Source: Geosiphon pyriformis uo1 (Eukaryota > Fungi > Glomeromycota). From it: a stretch of DNA of 64,000 bases. A program made the translations under genes and the position numbers. Under the pieces are notes generated by a model, which had not been told where the DNA came from, did not search any database, and saw nothing but the letters and a program-made list of their open reading frames with translations. The stretch is taken from the NCBI GenBank assembly GCA_016748015.1, contig JAAOMT010000602.1:323696-387695 (forward strand), in the 5' to 3' direction. Below, one piece after another: positions 1 to 14,329 of this stretch. Position 1 is the first letter of the stretch, and every line of letters begins with the position of its first letter.

Positions 1-23
1 AAATTAAAACAATGGAAAAATAC

Positions 24-510
24 TTGTTCTTGGTGCCAAAAGGTGTATTCATTATCAGTGTCAAAATCCCCTTCCAACTGTTGTAATGGATGTTCGCGAG
101 AAGAAAGTCTATATCCAATTCAAAATCGGATGAATTCTCTTGTGCAATCTGAAGCCCACTTGGATCAATGTCTATACCGAGGTTAAAGATAAATAAAATG
201 GTGAAAATAATTTGATCTAGGCCAGTATGATGATACGAAAGAGAATAAAATTATAACCTTGATCCAAGAAAATTCGATGCAATACTGCTCTTTTAAAATC
301 TCATTCATTATTTGAGGTGAGTCATAATAATGACAGGTACATCATTATAATAAACTTATACCTGAGAACACTGCATCCACAACCAAAATGTGCTAAAAAT
401 TTGTTTTCTAACTCATCGTAAACTGAACGAGCAATAAAAAGCAAACGGGCGGGCAAGTCTTCGTTGATTCCAAATATGGCATCTGCTTGTTCTGGGATTT
501 CGATCCACGC
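24..510 (-). pseudogene. METTL5: Degenerate METTL5-like (18S rRNA m6A) methyltransferase; 3 exons visible, 3' part runs off the left edge
   Basis: Manual minus-strand translation gives ARLLFIARSVYDELENKFLAHFGCGCSVL|SIASNFLGS|FNLGIDIDPSGLQIAQENSSDFELDIDFLL...IMNTPFGTKN, colinear with METTL5 ([22 protein letters not shown]...GFDID...FDTVIMNPPFGTK). Lesions: DLGCG>HFGCG, NPPF>NTPF, the FDT segment lies in another frame, and the expected AG acceptor near 189 reads AT. Confidence 0.72.
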
Positions 511-1712
511 TAAAAATCAGATTGAACATCGTGATAGATTTGATGAAGATACGGGAATCAGCGAATTTGTCCTAGAAAGAAGCGATCGATACCACAAAAT
601 TCATTCGACAATAGAATGAAAAAATTTCCCTTTGAGAAAAAAAAATTTTTTTTTCAATCCCGGATGACATACTTGAATCAACTCATTAAACAAACCTAAA
701 AAAACTTTGATGATGAAAATCATTTAAATCTGATAAAATTGTAAAAAATCAATCTGCAGCTGATAAGATAATAAAAAGCTAAACAAAGCACCTTTTTCAG
801 GGCTCCATCCAAACATTGGGTCGCAAAATCGCATTTTTTTTAATTATTCCAGATGATGGTTATTACGATCCAAACATGCGACATCAATTTTTGCAGCATC
901 TCTTTCTCGAATCTTTGTCCCGTTTAAAATGCTCTATAAAAAAATTACCGATAAATGATGCTGATTAGAAAAGTTCCCGATAAGACGTTTATAAGATCTT
1001 GTAATATCGTTAAATACAAAATTCGCGACAAAGAAATCCAATGGAATCAGAATACTCACAAACGTGGGATCGAGTTGCCCAAGTTTTGGCGGAAGTAGAA
1101 GCAGAATGTTTGAATGGTGAGTACCATCACAATTAAATTTGATCCTAAAAACAGGGAATATACCTAACTTGAAATGGCGTGTCGATCTTTGACAATGATA
1201 CATTTAGCGTTTAGCAAAAATCAGACTATTAATACCATTAATATATATCACCAATGCGCAAATATAATATATATTCCGAAAGATTTTCCGTAGTTTACTT
1301 AAATCGCTACTTCATAGATAATATTTTAAAGTAGTTCAAATTTCCCCACGAATTCCTGTCAAATCGAGATTTATATTTTTTCTCATTGGTTATCGACGAT
1401 CCACAGTTTTTTATTGACGATCCCACAGTTTTTTATTGCATCCCAAAGGTTCCATTGTCATATTTTGGGAATTCGTATTGAAATTTGACGTTGCGTAATT
1501 GGTCAGATTTCAATGAAATTTATATTTGTATGGAATGATTTTCTTTTCTAAATCTGGTGGTGTCTTATTGAAATGCATTTTCGAAGGGAGGGAAAAATCT
1601 TTATAGGCGCATAAAAAGAGAGGTTTTAGCTCCCCGGTACCCAACTTTATTACAAATATTCATACTTCTTATTTATTATTAAATAAACAGTCAATGACTC
1701 TATATTATCAGA

Positions 1713-2312
1713 ATGTCAACAATCATGAAACTTGACACTATACCGATCAATTCTAGCCAATCTCACGAACGCTTTTACTTAGCCAGCTATGTCCCTAACT
1801 CAAAATTTGAGCTCAATCTGGAAAATTCTTTTATTTTACAAAAATTTTCTGAATCTCTCAATAATCACTCATCATCTAGAATACCATTCAAAATTGACGA
1901 CGACTTTGACTATGATAATTTTATTCGAATGAACAGTCTTCTCACGCAGTATGAAGCAATTCTAGCATATAAAAGGAAGAAAATGCTTCAAAAAGAGGCA
2001 CAATCACAATCACAATCACAATCAAAGCAATATATTTCTCATTCTGCCTCATCATCATTATCACTACTATCATCAGGACTTTTTAAAACAGAGAAAAAAT
2101 TTTGGCAATTCAAGATTCAAAACGAAACGACAACTTTAATTCGATATGGAAATATTTTACCTGATGGAACCTTAAAAGAACGAGCCGAACAGACGCAATT
2201 ACATCCGTCTAATAAAAATGCAACTGAGTTTGTAGAGAAACTGGTGCAGGAAAAAATCAAGGCAGGATATGTTAAAATTTCACATAAAGGCTCACAATAT
2301 CACACACTATGA
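1713..2312 (+). CDS. Intronless 199-aa protein with a C-terminal WGR domain
   Basis: C-terminal EKKFWQFKIQNETTTLIRYGNI...ATEFVEKLVQEKIKAGYV matches the WGR pattern KFW...RYG...A..L..EK..KGY; ATG-initiated intact ORF with an S/Q-rich linker. Confidence 0.75.
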   Translation: MSTIMKLDTIPINSSQSHERFYLASYVPNSKFELNLENSFILQKFSESLNNHSSSRIPFKIDDDFDYDNFIRMNSLLTQYEAILAYKRKKMLQKEAQSQSQSQSKQYISHSASSSLSLLSSGLFKTEKKFWQFKIQNETTTLIRYGNILPDGTLKERAEQTQLHPSNKNATEFVEKLVQEKIKAGYVKISHKGSQYHTL

Positions 2313-2874
2313 ATTTTTAAATGAAATATTATAAACGAAAAATTATTTGGAAGTCGAATGATTTTGTTAATATACTTCAACGAAAAAGAACTTCCTATTA
2401 AGCTAATAATAAAAGAAAAAAATTTTAAAGTCTATTGATAAGAAATATGTATTAAAAACCCTCAAGACGATTAATTTATAAAATCAATACTAAAAGATAG
2501 AACTCTTTACTTGGATATAAGCGTAAAAACAATTCGATATGCTAGATTAACCATTTGTAAATATATCAATAAAAATTCTTTTAAAAGTGTTAATTTCTGT
2601 AAAGTCTAAATACTAAAAATTTTATCTGGGTATATTATACTATTACATTTTTAATTTTGTCTATTTAGATATCATAAATTAACCATCTTTAGTTTTTAGG
2701 ATGAGTCATTTGATTTGATCAATGAACTTTTTTATCAGCTACATGAATAAGATCTTGCAAAAGTTATATATAAATTTCTTTCTGTTTTGTATTTTATTAT
2801 AGTTATCATGAAAAATAAAAAATACTTAATATTCAAAGAAAAAAATTGACTGTAACATATAATTATTGTAATCA

Positions 2875-2914
<40 letters not shown>

Positions 2915-5900
2915 TTCATATTTGATAATTCGAAACTAATCTTGTTAATTAAATATTAAATAACTTGGATATTTACTAAATTATTAATAAAATTAAAAAA
3001 GAAAAAAAAAGAATTCATAATGATAAGAATTATTATCAGGATTTTTTTTAGACATTGAAATAAGAACATATTGTAATAAAACATTTAAAAAAATTTTGTC
3101 AGATTTTTTGCAAAGATTTCTTAATGATATAAAGTTCAAAATAAAAGTGTGATCAAAAAATTTTAAATCAAATTCACAATTTCAATTTAGTTCAAAATAA
3201 AGTTTATTAGATATTAAATAATCTTTTTTTTTTCATAGAAGTTTTAAGATTTGATAGAATAGGTTTCTTCTCGCCAAGATTTTGGTTCGTTGTTTTATTA
3301 ATTGAAAAAATAATAGTGGGCTTTAGGATTAAAAAATCAAAAAGAAATTACGAAAAAAAAGTTGAATATTTCCTAAACTTAAATATAATTTAATTTTATT
3401 TATAATACCTTAATTTTTTGAACAAAGAAGATCAACATTTTTTCGCGAAGTCAAAAAATCTAACATTGGCCAAGGAATGTAAAATCAAAATTTTGAATTA
3501 AAGTCTTTGAATTTGCAAGCAAAATACTATGAATGACCCAGGTTAGTAATCAAGTCAACAACCAATTCTACGTTTAGAATTAAGGTTTGTTATTGTATGC
3601 TGAATCAAAAGGCTCATATTTTAACTACGTTCTTAAAATCAGGTTCATCTTGGAAATTTCCGAATTTGCTACTCACAAAATCTATTTTTCTGGTAAAAAA
3701 TTAAGATTTCTTATTATTGATACTAGACAAAAATGGATGGAAATACTAATTTTTCTAAAAGAGTAAAACTCATAGTGATATATAAATACTTTGAAAGATT
3801 TAAATTTTATTAGAAAAAAAGAAATGTTTGGTTTAACTTTTTACAATCAAGCATAGTTTTTAAAGTTTTCATATACTTATAGATTACTTGAAAAACCATT
3901 GCCAATTTTTTCAATTAGAAATATTATGATATAATAATCAGAGCAAATATTGAAAAAATATTTGTGAATATTTTATCAAGCTGTTCAAGATTGAGGATTT
4001 TAATAGATATTAAAGCCTTATAATTCATCCAAGCAATAAATATAAACTTTAACAGCTGTACTGGTATTTGTTTTGTTAAGTCGAGTTTTTTTATATTATC
4101 CAAAGCATATATATACTTCCAAAAATTTCTGATCATTTTAATGTATATTTTAAGATGAACTTGCAACTTTAATATTTTTTAACTTCATTAAATCATAAAT
4201 TTCACTGTTTTCCTTACAATAGAGAACATGATCTCGATTATATAAAACACTCACATTGAACAAAATCAATTTTTTTAAAAAATTTATATGGTATTGCTTA
4301 TAGAGCTATATCAACTTTAAAGTTTTTGATTTTTGTACTGAGATGAAATGTGCAAAGAAAAAAGTTTTTTCTAGCTATATATTGCTAATTAATTAATTAA
4401 TTAATTAAAAATACCAGAAAATTTTAACCATTCAATTGTATATGATTTTTTACATTAATAAAATAATAATAATAATAATAATAATTTAACAATAGGTATA
4501 AAACGAAATTATCAAGAGAATTTAAAAGTCCTTTCTCAAATCTTTTGCGAGAGCAATACATTTTGGGAACTAATTTTAATAGCCAATCTATGATGAATCC
4601 TAACTATTTTCTCATACAGTATAAATATATTTTGCTCACATATAATAACAAGGATGTATCATCATCCTTGTTATTGCTTTTCATAAGGCTGAAAGCTCTT
4701 AAAAGTCTGTTAGAGTCATTATTGTTAACTATTTTTTAAATATTTATCGTCACGTTTCTCAATAGTAGCGATATTTTTATAGGATTGGTGGTTCCGCGAA
4801 TCGATGATTAACCATCCATAAAAATTTTGGTATATTGCCAATTAGAGAAGAGTTCGAAAGGCAGGAAGATAGGCCGGCTTCATATACTTCTTCTTTGCAT
4901 TGATAAAAACGAATAATTAATTTAATATTTTCAATCTGTACATTGTTCTCACTTTCATGCTTAATTTTTCCAATAGCGTGATTTTGGAAATCTAATATTG
5001 CAAAATAAAGTTTTTCATTTTTACGATGATGATCATAAAAGCACAAAAATTTGTATTCACTAATTGAAATATGAGAATACAAAGAGACATAACCAAAAAT
5101 TTATCTTTTCTTTTTAGAATTTCTAGAATAAGAAAGGAAAGGAAAGGAAAGGAAAGTAAATATCTAAATAAATATGATTGTTAAGTCAATTGAAATCATA
5201 AACTTTGTAATATTTTTAAACTGCTTTTCATTTTATCATGATCTAGGTATTTTAAGAAGGGTTGGGTGTATGTGCGATCGCTGCTTTTTCCAAAGCATTT
5301 GGAACTTTGGCAACAGCAATCCATAATATCAAATAATTTAGAATCATTTGTGTTTACGGAGTTTCTTTATTCTGAAATTTACCCCGTTTATTTATTTGCT
5401 TGCTTGTTTGTTTGTTCTTTGAAACTCGCTTTGTAATCTGTTATTTCAAATGATTAATTCAAACTAATTCCCTCAATTTATTAAATATTTTTTACGAACT
5501 GCAAATTCAATTAAGATACTTGTATTTTTTGAAAAAATTCGAATCATCCTTTTCATCATTAGAGGAAAAAAACTACAGGTTTATGACTCATTCCACATTT
5601 CAATTTTTCAAGATAAATTTTCTTTTACATTAACAAGTTATCTAGGAGAGATGGTGTGTGATATTTAATCTTGATATTTTTTTGAAAGATCTATCTAAAG
5701 CCAAGACATCCTGACACGTTCAAAGAATCTAATAGAATCGACCCATCTTATTTACCCTCTGAGTTCTCTATGTTCTTTTCTTTTGGGCTGCAATCATTTT
5801 TCGCGTGAGAGTTCTCTTGAAAATCACAAATATTGCACAATTTATTAATTATAGACCTGAAATAATTCGTTCTGACACATTTGACGTCAATAAAAAATCA

Positions 5901-7035
5901 AAAAAGTAAAATACAATTTTTCCAAATAAGGTGAGTTAGGGAGGAGGGGAATGTTGTCGAAAAATTTGGGCGTATTATGCTAATAAAAAAGAGTAAGATG
6001 AAAGAAGAAACAAATCCAAATATATATGTAAACAAGTATATTTAATCAAACAAACAAATAAAGGTTGCCCGTCTTCAAGATTTTCTTAAAGAGATTGCTG
6101 ATAACTGAAAAGGAGACTATTCAAAGATATCATGTTACAAAAAATGATTAGAAAACCTCTCGTTTCTTGAACACAATTAATCTATTTGCTAAACTTGGTC
6201 ATTTCTTTAAAATCTAACACTATAAAATTTATGATAAAGTACAAATAATTGCTAATATTATCACTATCAAAAAGATGTGTAAAATGTCATGGTTTCTAAG
6301 TCAGCATTTATACTGTAGGGCTGTTGTTGAACAGTTCACTCCCATGTGCACTATCTGATTATGTCTCTAGGTACCCCTATATCATGTTCTAAGGACTTTC
6401 TCCTGTATCAAAGAGTCATATAGAAATTTCAAAAGAATTCTTCTCACGACCTCATTTTACCTAATCCAAATTACATACGCAATGCATCAAAGAAGATGGA
6501 TAGGAAATCTATAAGTAAAATTATTGAATAAAGTATAGAAAGACTTTCGGACTATTATTAAAATTACACCCTTTTCATATAATGAGTGCCATAAAGATAA
6601 CGTAAATAAATATTTTCTGTGATTGAACAAATCATTATTAGGGTTAGGTTTATGATTTATAAAGTTTCGCTTACTAACTGGGAAAAGGAATTTTGAGGTT
6701 AATTTGCTTTATGTTTATCCTTACTAATAAATGAACAATGTGTGTAAACCGAGGTTTATTCACATAATTACATCATTTATAGTGGTTGTTTTTCAATATT
6801 AAATATTTTGGCAGTTTTCTAAACTTCTTATGATCTAGTTACTTCATTTCAATCCCTTTTAAAAGCCTTGGAATTTGTATAAGTTTTTACTATTATATTT
6901 TTGGTATTAATAATTAATGATTAATGATTAATGATTTTAATTAAAGAGTTTTTGGATTTTTTTTTATGATTCTGTTTACTATTTCAAATTCAAAAAAAAG
7001 ATCTAACATATAATCTTTAAATAATTTTTGTACCC

Positions 7036-7070
<35 letters not shown>

Positions 7071-7798
7071 GCAGAAAATGTTGATTCCAATCTATTAAAA
7101 GATTTTAAAAAGAAAAACGAGTAAAATGATATGATTTATCTTTAAAATAATTATCATTTTGCAAAATTTTAAAAATTCTTTCGGTCGAATAATTCTTTAG
7201 TTAAATGTCGTATCACTATTCCCTATGATATTGTTGTTTAAATGGTTCTAGAGATTACAAGTTTCTCTATCGTCATTATAAAATCTGTTCCAATTTTATT
7301 CAAACTGTTGAAACATCAATATAATTATATTTTACAACAGGATCAAAGTAATATCTATTTACGGTGTTTTTTGATTCTAATAATTCATATATTTAACAAC
7401 AGATATAGCATCTTAATTTTTAGTGCATTTTGATGGAAAATTCTCCGATTCCTATTATGGGAAACGATAGTGGAATAGCCTCTAAAGGGTTGACAATCGT
7501 CGTACGGATATGCTATTTTATGAACCAAAAATTTTACAATTACATGTACTTATTCCATTAGGGTAAGTGCCTTATTTAATGCTTTTTCCCAATATTGGAT
7601 CTTATTTAGCGTTGTTATTAACTATGAGAAAAATAGTTAATTGAAGCAAGATCAGAGAATGATTTGATTACTAATCGAATGTCAGGATTACATACATATG
7701 CAAAGAACACTATTATCTTTTTTTTTGTGTAAAATTCTGGACCTTTTGGGAAGATTGACAGCTGCTATAGCAAATTAATGTGTGGCATTACACGATTA

Positions 7799-7964
<166 letters not shown>

Positions 7965-9338
7965 CTAATAATAATGCTAATAATAATGTTAATAATAATA
8001 ATAATGATGATGATGCCTAAAAGCGTGTGAATTCTTGCGACATGTAACAATGATTTAATAATTGAAATATAAGCTTAATGGTAAGCTGCATAAAATGAAA
8101 AACTCCCAACTCATTTGAAAATAGAATAGGATTACACAGGCGTCAAAATAATAATAATAATAATAATAATAATTTTAATTTTAATGTGATTATGATTTTT
8201 TCTTTTTTAAATTTATCACATACCTTAATTTTTGTAACATGTTAATTTTTTTTTTCAGAAATCAATGAAATTTTTTGTTTCATTACCCTAAATTAAAAAT
8301 TCCTAGTGAACGTTAAAGCTATGCAACGAGTTGATATATATATATATATATATATATTAGTTAGTTAGTTAGTTAGTTAGTTAGTTCTATTAAAAGAAAG
8401 ACTATAGAATTTTATCGGTTCAACATTTTTTTTTTAAGCTTTTTGCATAATTTTATTAAAAAAAAACCTGAACAGGTACAAGATTTAATTGATAAAATTT
8501 CAGTTTGGCGTTTTTTACCCAATAAGGAATATATAATCTCTGTTCATTCTCCGATGCATTTTTCTTGTATATTCATTTTTAGAAACCATATCGTGTGAAT
8601 GACCTGTTTAGGTATAAGTTTAGAAAAAGAAAAAAACCCCCCCCCCTATTATAGTTTTTTTTTAATTTTATAATTTGAAGAAATAATGTTCCTATTAACC
8701 CTCGTAAAAAAAAAAAATTCTTAAATGTTTGTAATTTTTCATTCATTCAAAGTTTTTTTTTAACAATATTTTTTACAATTACAACCTATGAATGAAAAAA
8801 TATAAGAAAAATAATTAAAATGAAATTAACTAAAAATGAAATTAACTAAAAATGAAATTAACAAAACAAAACAAAGACAAAAACAAAACAAAAAAGAACC
8901 AATAAAAAATATATACATATTCATTGACCATTTTTTTTTTAAAGAAATGACCAATTAAAATAGAAATATGTATATATATATATATTTATTTAAAAATTTT
9001 TCGTTGTTCAAATTAATTTTCAAAAAAAAATAATAATAATAATTTCAAATTCTTATAAAGGGTATCCCATTAATCATGAAATTATTAAGCGAAACAATGA
9101 AAAAATATCATTCTAATTGGTGATAACTTAATTGATTCATTCCAATTTGTGTCCATGTTTCAACCCATGATACAATGAAAAAAAAAACGTTTTTTAATAT
9201 TTGCCAGTTCTATTGTTTCCTTTCGTACGATAAAAAAAAAATTACTCAATTTTGTTTCACAATTTTTTCAATGAGTTTGGTGATTCTCATAGCATATGTA
9301 CAAAGAAAAAGAATTCTTAACCAAAACTTAAAGACCAA

Positions 9339-9386
<48 letters not shown>

Positions 9387-9426
9387 CACTACCATCACTA
9401 CCACTACCATTACTACCACTACCATT
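9339..9426. repeat. (ACT)n/(ACC)n trinucleotide microsatellite
   Basis: Direct observation; produces spurious poly-T and poly-V ORFs. Confidence 0.9.
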
Positions 9427-10404
9427 ACATATACTGTATATAAATATTTTTGATTCGCTAAAAACCACATTGGTCAATAAAACACGTTCAAAAAATAATT
9501 TTAATTCTATCTAGTTGACCTAAAATAAAAAATACATTTATTTTTAATGCTATTTGCATGTAAAAACGATCATTCACTCATTCTCATTGCGTCCTATTTG
9601 AGTTTATTTCCTTATCAAGGTATGAAAAAATCGCAAGAATTCTCGTTGTGAACTAACCAACAACAACCGTTCAAGGGACCACAGACCTTGTACTCTTAAT
9701 TCTATGCACAATGATGAAAACTTTTGTGGTATGATATCCACATTTTTATTACACACACGCTGTAACCAAAAAGGGATTTTGATTTCGTAGAAATGAAACA
9801 CACGAAACCTTGATAATACTACGAATTTCCAATCTGGGAATGGTTGGGGTTGAGTAACCTTTCCTTTTACCATTTGAAGTTTAAACTTGGCGGAAAAAAG
9901 AACTCTTTCAAATTTTAGTGATCGTGTAAACGACGGAAAATTTTTTTGTTAAACTATGACAAATCATAATTTGAATGGCCCATTTTTCAAAAACTTGTTA
10001 TAGAAGCTCTGCAGAAGGCCGAAAATGATCACTTTACCAGGAATTCTAGGCAATTACTATGATATTTCTTAAGCTTTGACTGGATGAATATACCGAAGCC
10101 TGTTAGCCGGAGACAGCCGGATCTTGTTATATATAATTGACTGTTAATCAAAGAATGATGGTGGTTGTGGTGGTTTTGGTGGTTTTGGTGGTTTTGGTGG
10201 TGGTGGTATTTGTCATGTAAGGTAAGGTAATGTAATGTACTGTAGTGCAATTATAACTTTTTTTGGTCATACTGAGCGCCCTTAGATAGTATGATGATGG
10301 AAACTTCGAAATTAGTATTATGTCATCTAACAAGGGGCACATTGTGTCATTGAATGATGAATGAAAAAATGCTTTTCTAAATTTCCGCTCTACTTATTTT
10401 TTTC

Positions 10405-10438
<34 letters not shown>

Positions 10439-11944
10439 TAATCATAATAGTAATAATGAATGAACAAATGGACGATATGCCATTTTCTTTTTTAAAATGA
10501 AAAAATCAGGTAAATAGGTTCTACCAATTTTCGCAAAAGTGGTTAATTCTCAATAGCACATGAAATTTTTTGTCAACGATAATACCCTTCTATTATTTCC
10601 CGAAGGTTTTTCTCATGCAAAGCAATGGATATTTTTTTATTTTTATGAACCTTAAAAATAAAAATATATATTTTTCATTCATTCATTCAATCATTCAATC
10701 ATTCAATCATTCATTCATTCATGAATTAATTAATTAATTAAATTCACAAAGATCATCACCATTTTCGATCATTAAAAAAACAAAAACGTAGGATCGGGAA
10801 AGTTAAACGACTTTGATAGTGACAAAATCAACGTATCAAATTCATATCGTCGCTGTGCGACTATTTTTATTCATGCTATTCTCATCATAATGTTATCAGG
10901 ATTTTCTGACCACAAATCTGTAATAAAAATTTTTTTTTTAGAAACACGACAGCTAAAATGGATGTTTAATTGTCTCACAGCCTTATTCATCCTTTTTTAT
11001 TGATAATGATTGAAACATTTAATCAATGACTCATGAACCGACTACGTTAGGTCAATGATCGATGATAAAAAAATGATAATATTATCATTTTTATCATTAT
11101 TTTGATTGTCAATTATGTGAATAATGATTATGATGATGTTATTTACTGATATGAAACAATATCAATAGAATAAGAGGGAGGATTTTTGGGAAAAAAAAAA
11201 GAATTTTTTCAATTGTTCAAAAGTTTTAAACAATTTTTATTATTGGCTAAGTTAAAAATCAATCGTAAGAGCGAATAGGGTAATAATCAAATAACAGTGG
11301 ATAATAATAAATATATATAAATAAATAAATAAGTCAGTAAAGGTAAATAAAGCGTTGAAATAAGATCTATCATCTTAGAGTTCAATTTTAAAAGGTGCAT
11401 GAAAAAAAAAACGCCCGAATGAGATTTTTCAATATAGATAGATAAATAAATATATATATATATATCTATCTATCTCTATTTATCTATTTATATATATCAT
11501 ATTACTTACCTATCTTAGTTGAGTTCGAAAAAAAAAAAAAAAAAAAATCTTTTTTTAATTTTATATGCTTCGTTGCTCAAATTCATAAATTAAAGGTTTC
11601 AATGCAGATTTTTGAAGTAAACAGCGAAAGAGAAAAAAAAAATCCAGCAACACCAAATAAAGGTGAAAAATATTGTTGGTTGTACGATAAATGCAAAAAG
11701 GTCAAATTTTAATGATGCTATTGGGGCTATTTCTTCGAATTCCTTATTAGTATTCTGTGAAAGAATATTGGTTTAACACATGACAGTATTTTTATTATTA
11801 TTTGTGTACCTCAACTGGTTAAATTTTGCAGGTAATAAGTTGTGTCAGGTCTTTTTTATTCACCGTTATATTTATCACGGACTAGCCTTTTTCACCATTG
11901 ACAATTTTTTTTTTAGCTGTATTGTATTAAACTATACTTTTAAA

Positions 11945-11978
<34 letters not shown>

Positions 11979-12449
11979 CTTTTCTTTTCTTTTCTTTTCT
12001 TTTCTATAACTAAACAAAAAAAAATGTGACTCCTGAAAATGTATTCTATATTCATATTACCATAAACTGGTATTTTCAATAGATTCAAAGACTCGATCTT
12101 TTTGTGTCACTATTTTACGTAAAAAATCTATTTAAATCGTAGATTTAACCCGGAATCCACGGAGTTGTGAATTTTTTTTTCCTCGACAAAAAAAAAAAAC
12201 TTTTTTTTTTAAAAAAATCTTTTCTTTTACCCTTAAATCATCATCTTCGGTATCATCTTCTTCGGTATCATCTTCATAATCTTTATCCTCAATAATAATC
12301 TTCATTATTGATTTAAACTCTTTTGAATAAAAAAAACTTTTTTTATCATCAAATCTTTATTCATCCCAAAACACTTTTTTCATTTTCTAAATCGCTACAC
12401 CTTTATTCTTCTTAAATAAAAAATTTAACTTTATCATAAATAAAATCAC

Positions 12450-12501
12450 ATGGAAGAAACCAGTAGCTCAACTAGTATTTTGAGTAATAGTGGTGGTATT
12501 G

Positions 12502-12550
<49 letters not shown>

Positions 12551-13460
12551 CAGTAGTACTAGTAGTAGTGGTGGTGGTGGTAGTAGTGGTATTGGTATTG
12601 TTATTGGTATTGATAGTAATAGTGGTGGTGGTGGTGATGTTGATGTTGAACTCGGTCAAGTTGCATATCGAAGGATAACGATAGCTTCACTTTTACAAAA
12701 ACCAACTCCTCCTCAAAAACTACCCAAAGAAAAAATTGATGTACCATTCCCTTTAAAAAATCATCTTGATCAACTTATCGAACATTACACCAAAGCAAAA
12801 ACAACCGTCAAACCACCAAACAGCTTTATGCTATTTCGAAAGGCATTGGTCAAAGAATTAAATTCTAATGGTTACTTTTTACAAGCAAAAGAAGTTTCCT
12901 CATTGGCTTCACAAAAATGGAAGGCCGAATCCAATAAGGTTAAAGACGAATATCGAAGATTATCCAATAATATCTCAAAGTTAATGAAACAGATTCAACC
13001 AAATCCAATAGTGAAAAAACATAAATTGAAGTGGCATTCACATTCACCTACAACCTCAAATTTAAATTCAAAGACAAAACGACAGAAGTTGATCAATAAT
13101 CCCAAGTTTGATGATGATGATCCAAAAATTATTCCATCCGAAACTACTTCCAAACTTTTTGCTCCATTAGAGTTTGAACCGATGCAACTTGATGAACCAA
13201 CAACTACAACTTTACCACACTTTGGAAGTTTATTTCCGAACCAAAATTCTACTTCACTCTTCAATTCAGAAATACAAAATCCAAGTCAATTAATCGGTTC
13301 CGCTTGGGACCTCGTTACCAAAAATACACCCCATCATCGTCTACCAGGACCAAATGATTTGCTTCATTCTAATCCCCTTACCACAACAACTTCTCCATTT
13401 AATAATTCATTACGTAAACCAGAAGGTGTGATATATTCTACTTGGGATCCGTCGTTGTGA
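12450..13460 (+). CDS. MATA-type HMG-box transcription factor (336 aa)
   Basis: HMG box KPPNSFMLFRKALVKELNSNGYFLQAKEVSSLASQKWKAESNKVKDEYRRLS; upstream IDVPFP segment typical of this fungal family; Ser/Gly low-complexity N-terminus encoded by (AGT)n/(GGT)n. Confidence 0.9.
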
Positions 13461-14329
13461 ACTTTGTCGTGATACAGATACAAATCCAAATATATCAATT
13501 TCTTCTGACGTTCAAAAGCATGAGGACGCTAGACATCAAAAATTACCTACCTCGATTGTGGTAACACACACACACACACAAAAGAAAGAACGCAAAACTT
13601 TTTCTCTTTCAGCTCAATTCGTAGGCCAATACTATATTGGAAAAAAATGTATAATTTGAGTTTTTCAAAGCAATTTGTGTAAATATAGTTTTCAAATGCA
13701 AAAAAGGTTAATAAAAATTCTTACAGTAATCAAAATTCCTCATGTCTGTTGAAAATCCTATTGTCAGTCTATTTGAGAAGTTTGATCTTTGGATTTTTTG
13801 ATAACCATTTTTTCTCTCGTTTCAAATGAATGAATGAGTGATGCCCTATCATAATGTTTGTAGCACAGAAAGTTCCATAACGATTGTTTCAGTGTGGAGA
13901 TTGTTCCACCGAAAACTGTAAAATTTGATTTAGATCGAACCTCCCATTTGCACTAAAATAGACTAATTATACTTGGGTCGTATTATTCAATCCAACATTT
14001 GCCAATTATTAACTGGCTTTTTAATATGCACGCGATGAGTTATATGCTAGATAAGGAAAAACTTTGAATTTGAGCTTTACTACTCTATATGAGATAATTT
14101 GTGAAAGGAACATTTTCCGAGTAACAAGATTTGGAATTTGTCCTGATATAATCTTTAATAAAAGGCAAAAAATCAAAGAGGAAATCATATCAAGTTCTTG
14201 ATCTTTTTTTTTTTTAGAGTTTAATATTCGTCACCCAAATCAAGATGTAAAAATTTGACGTTAGTACAGAATCGATAAACAAATCTCTCGGATATTTGAT
14301 ACAGATACTAAAAGTTACAGGCATTTTTT

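Noticed and set aside
934-1203. 89-aa minus-strand ORF
   Set aside because: No recognisable motif; lies in the divergent promoter region; likely chance.
3924-5082. Short ORFs at 3924, 4545 and 4777
   Set aside because: Non-ATG starts, AT-driven composition, no motifs.
9175-10342. Poly-Thr/Val and His/Gln-rich ORFs
   Set aside because: Derived from (ACT)n and (GGTGGTTTT)n simple repeats, or unsupported short frames.
12450-13460. Mating-type locus
   Set aside because: An HMG box alone is insufficient; no homeodomain pair, TPT or RNA-helicase neighbours, and the family is highly expanded in such fungi.
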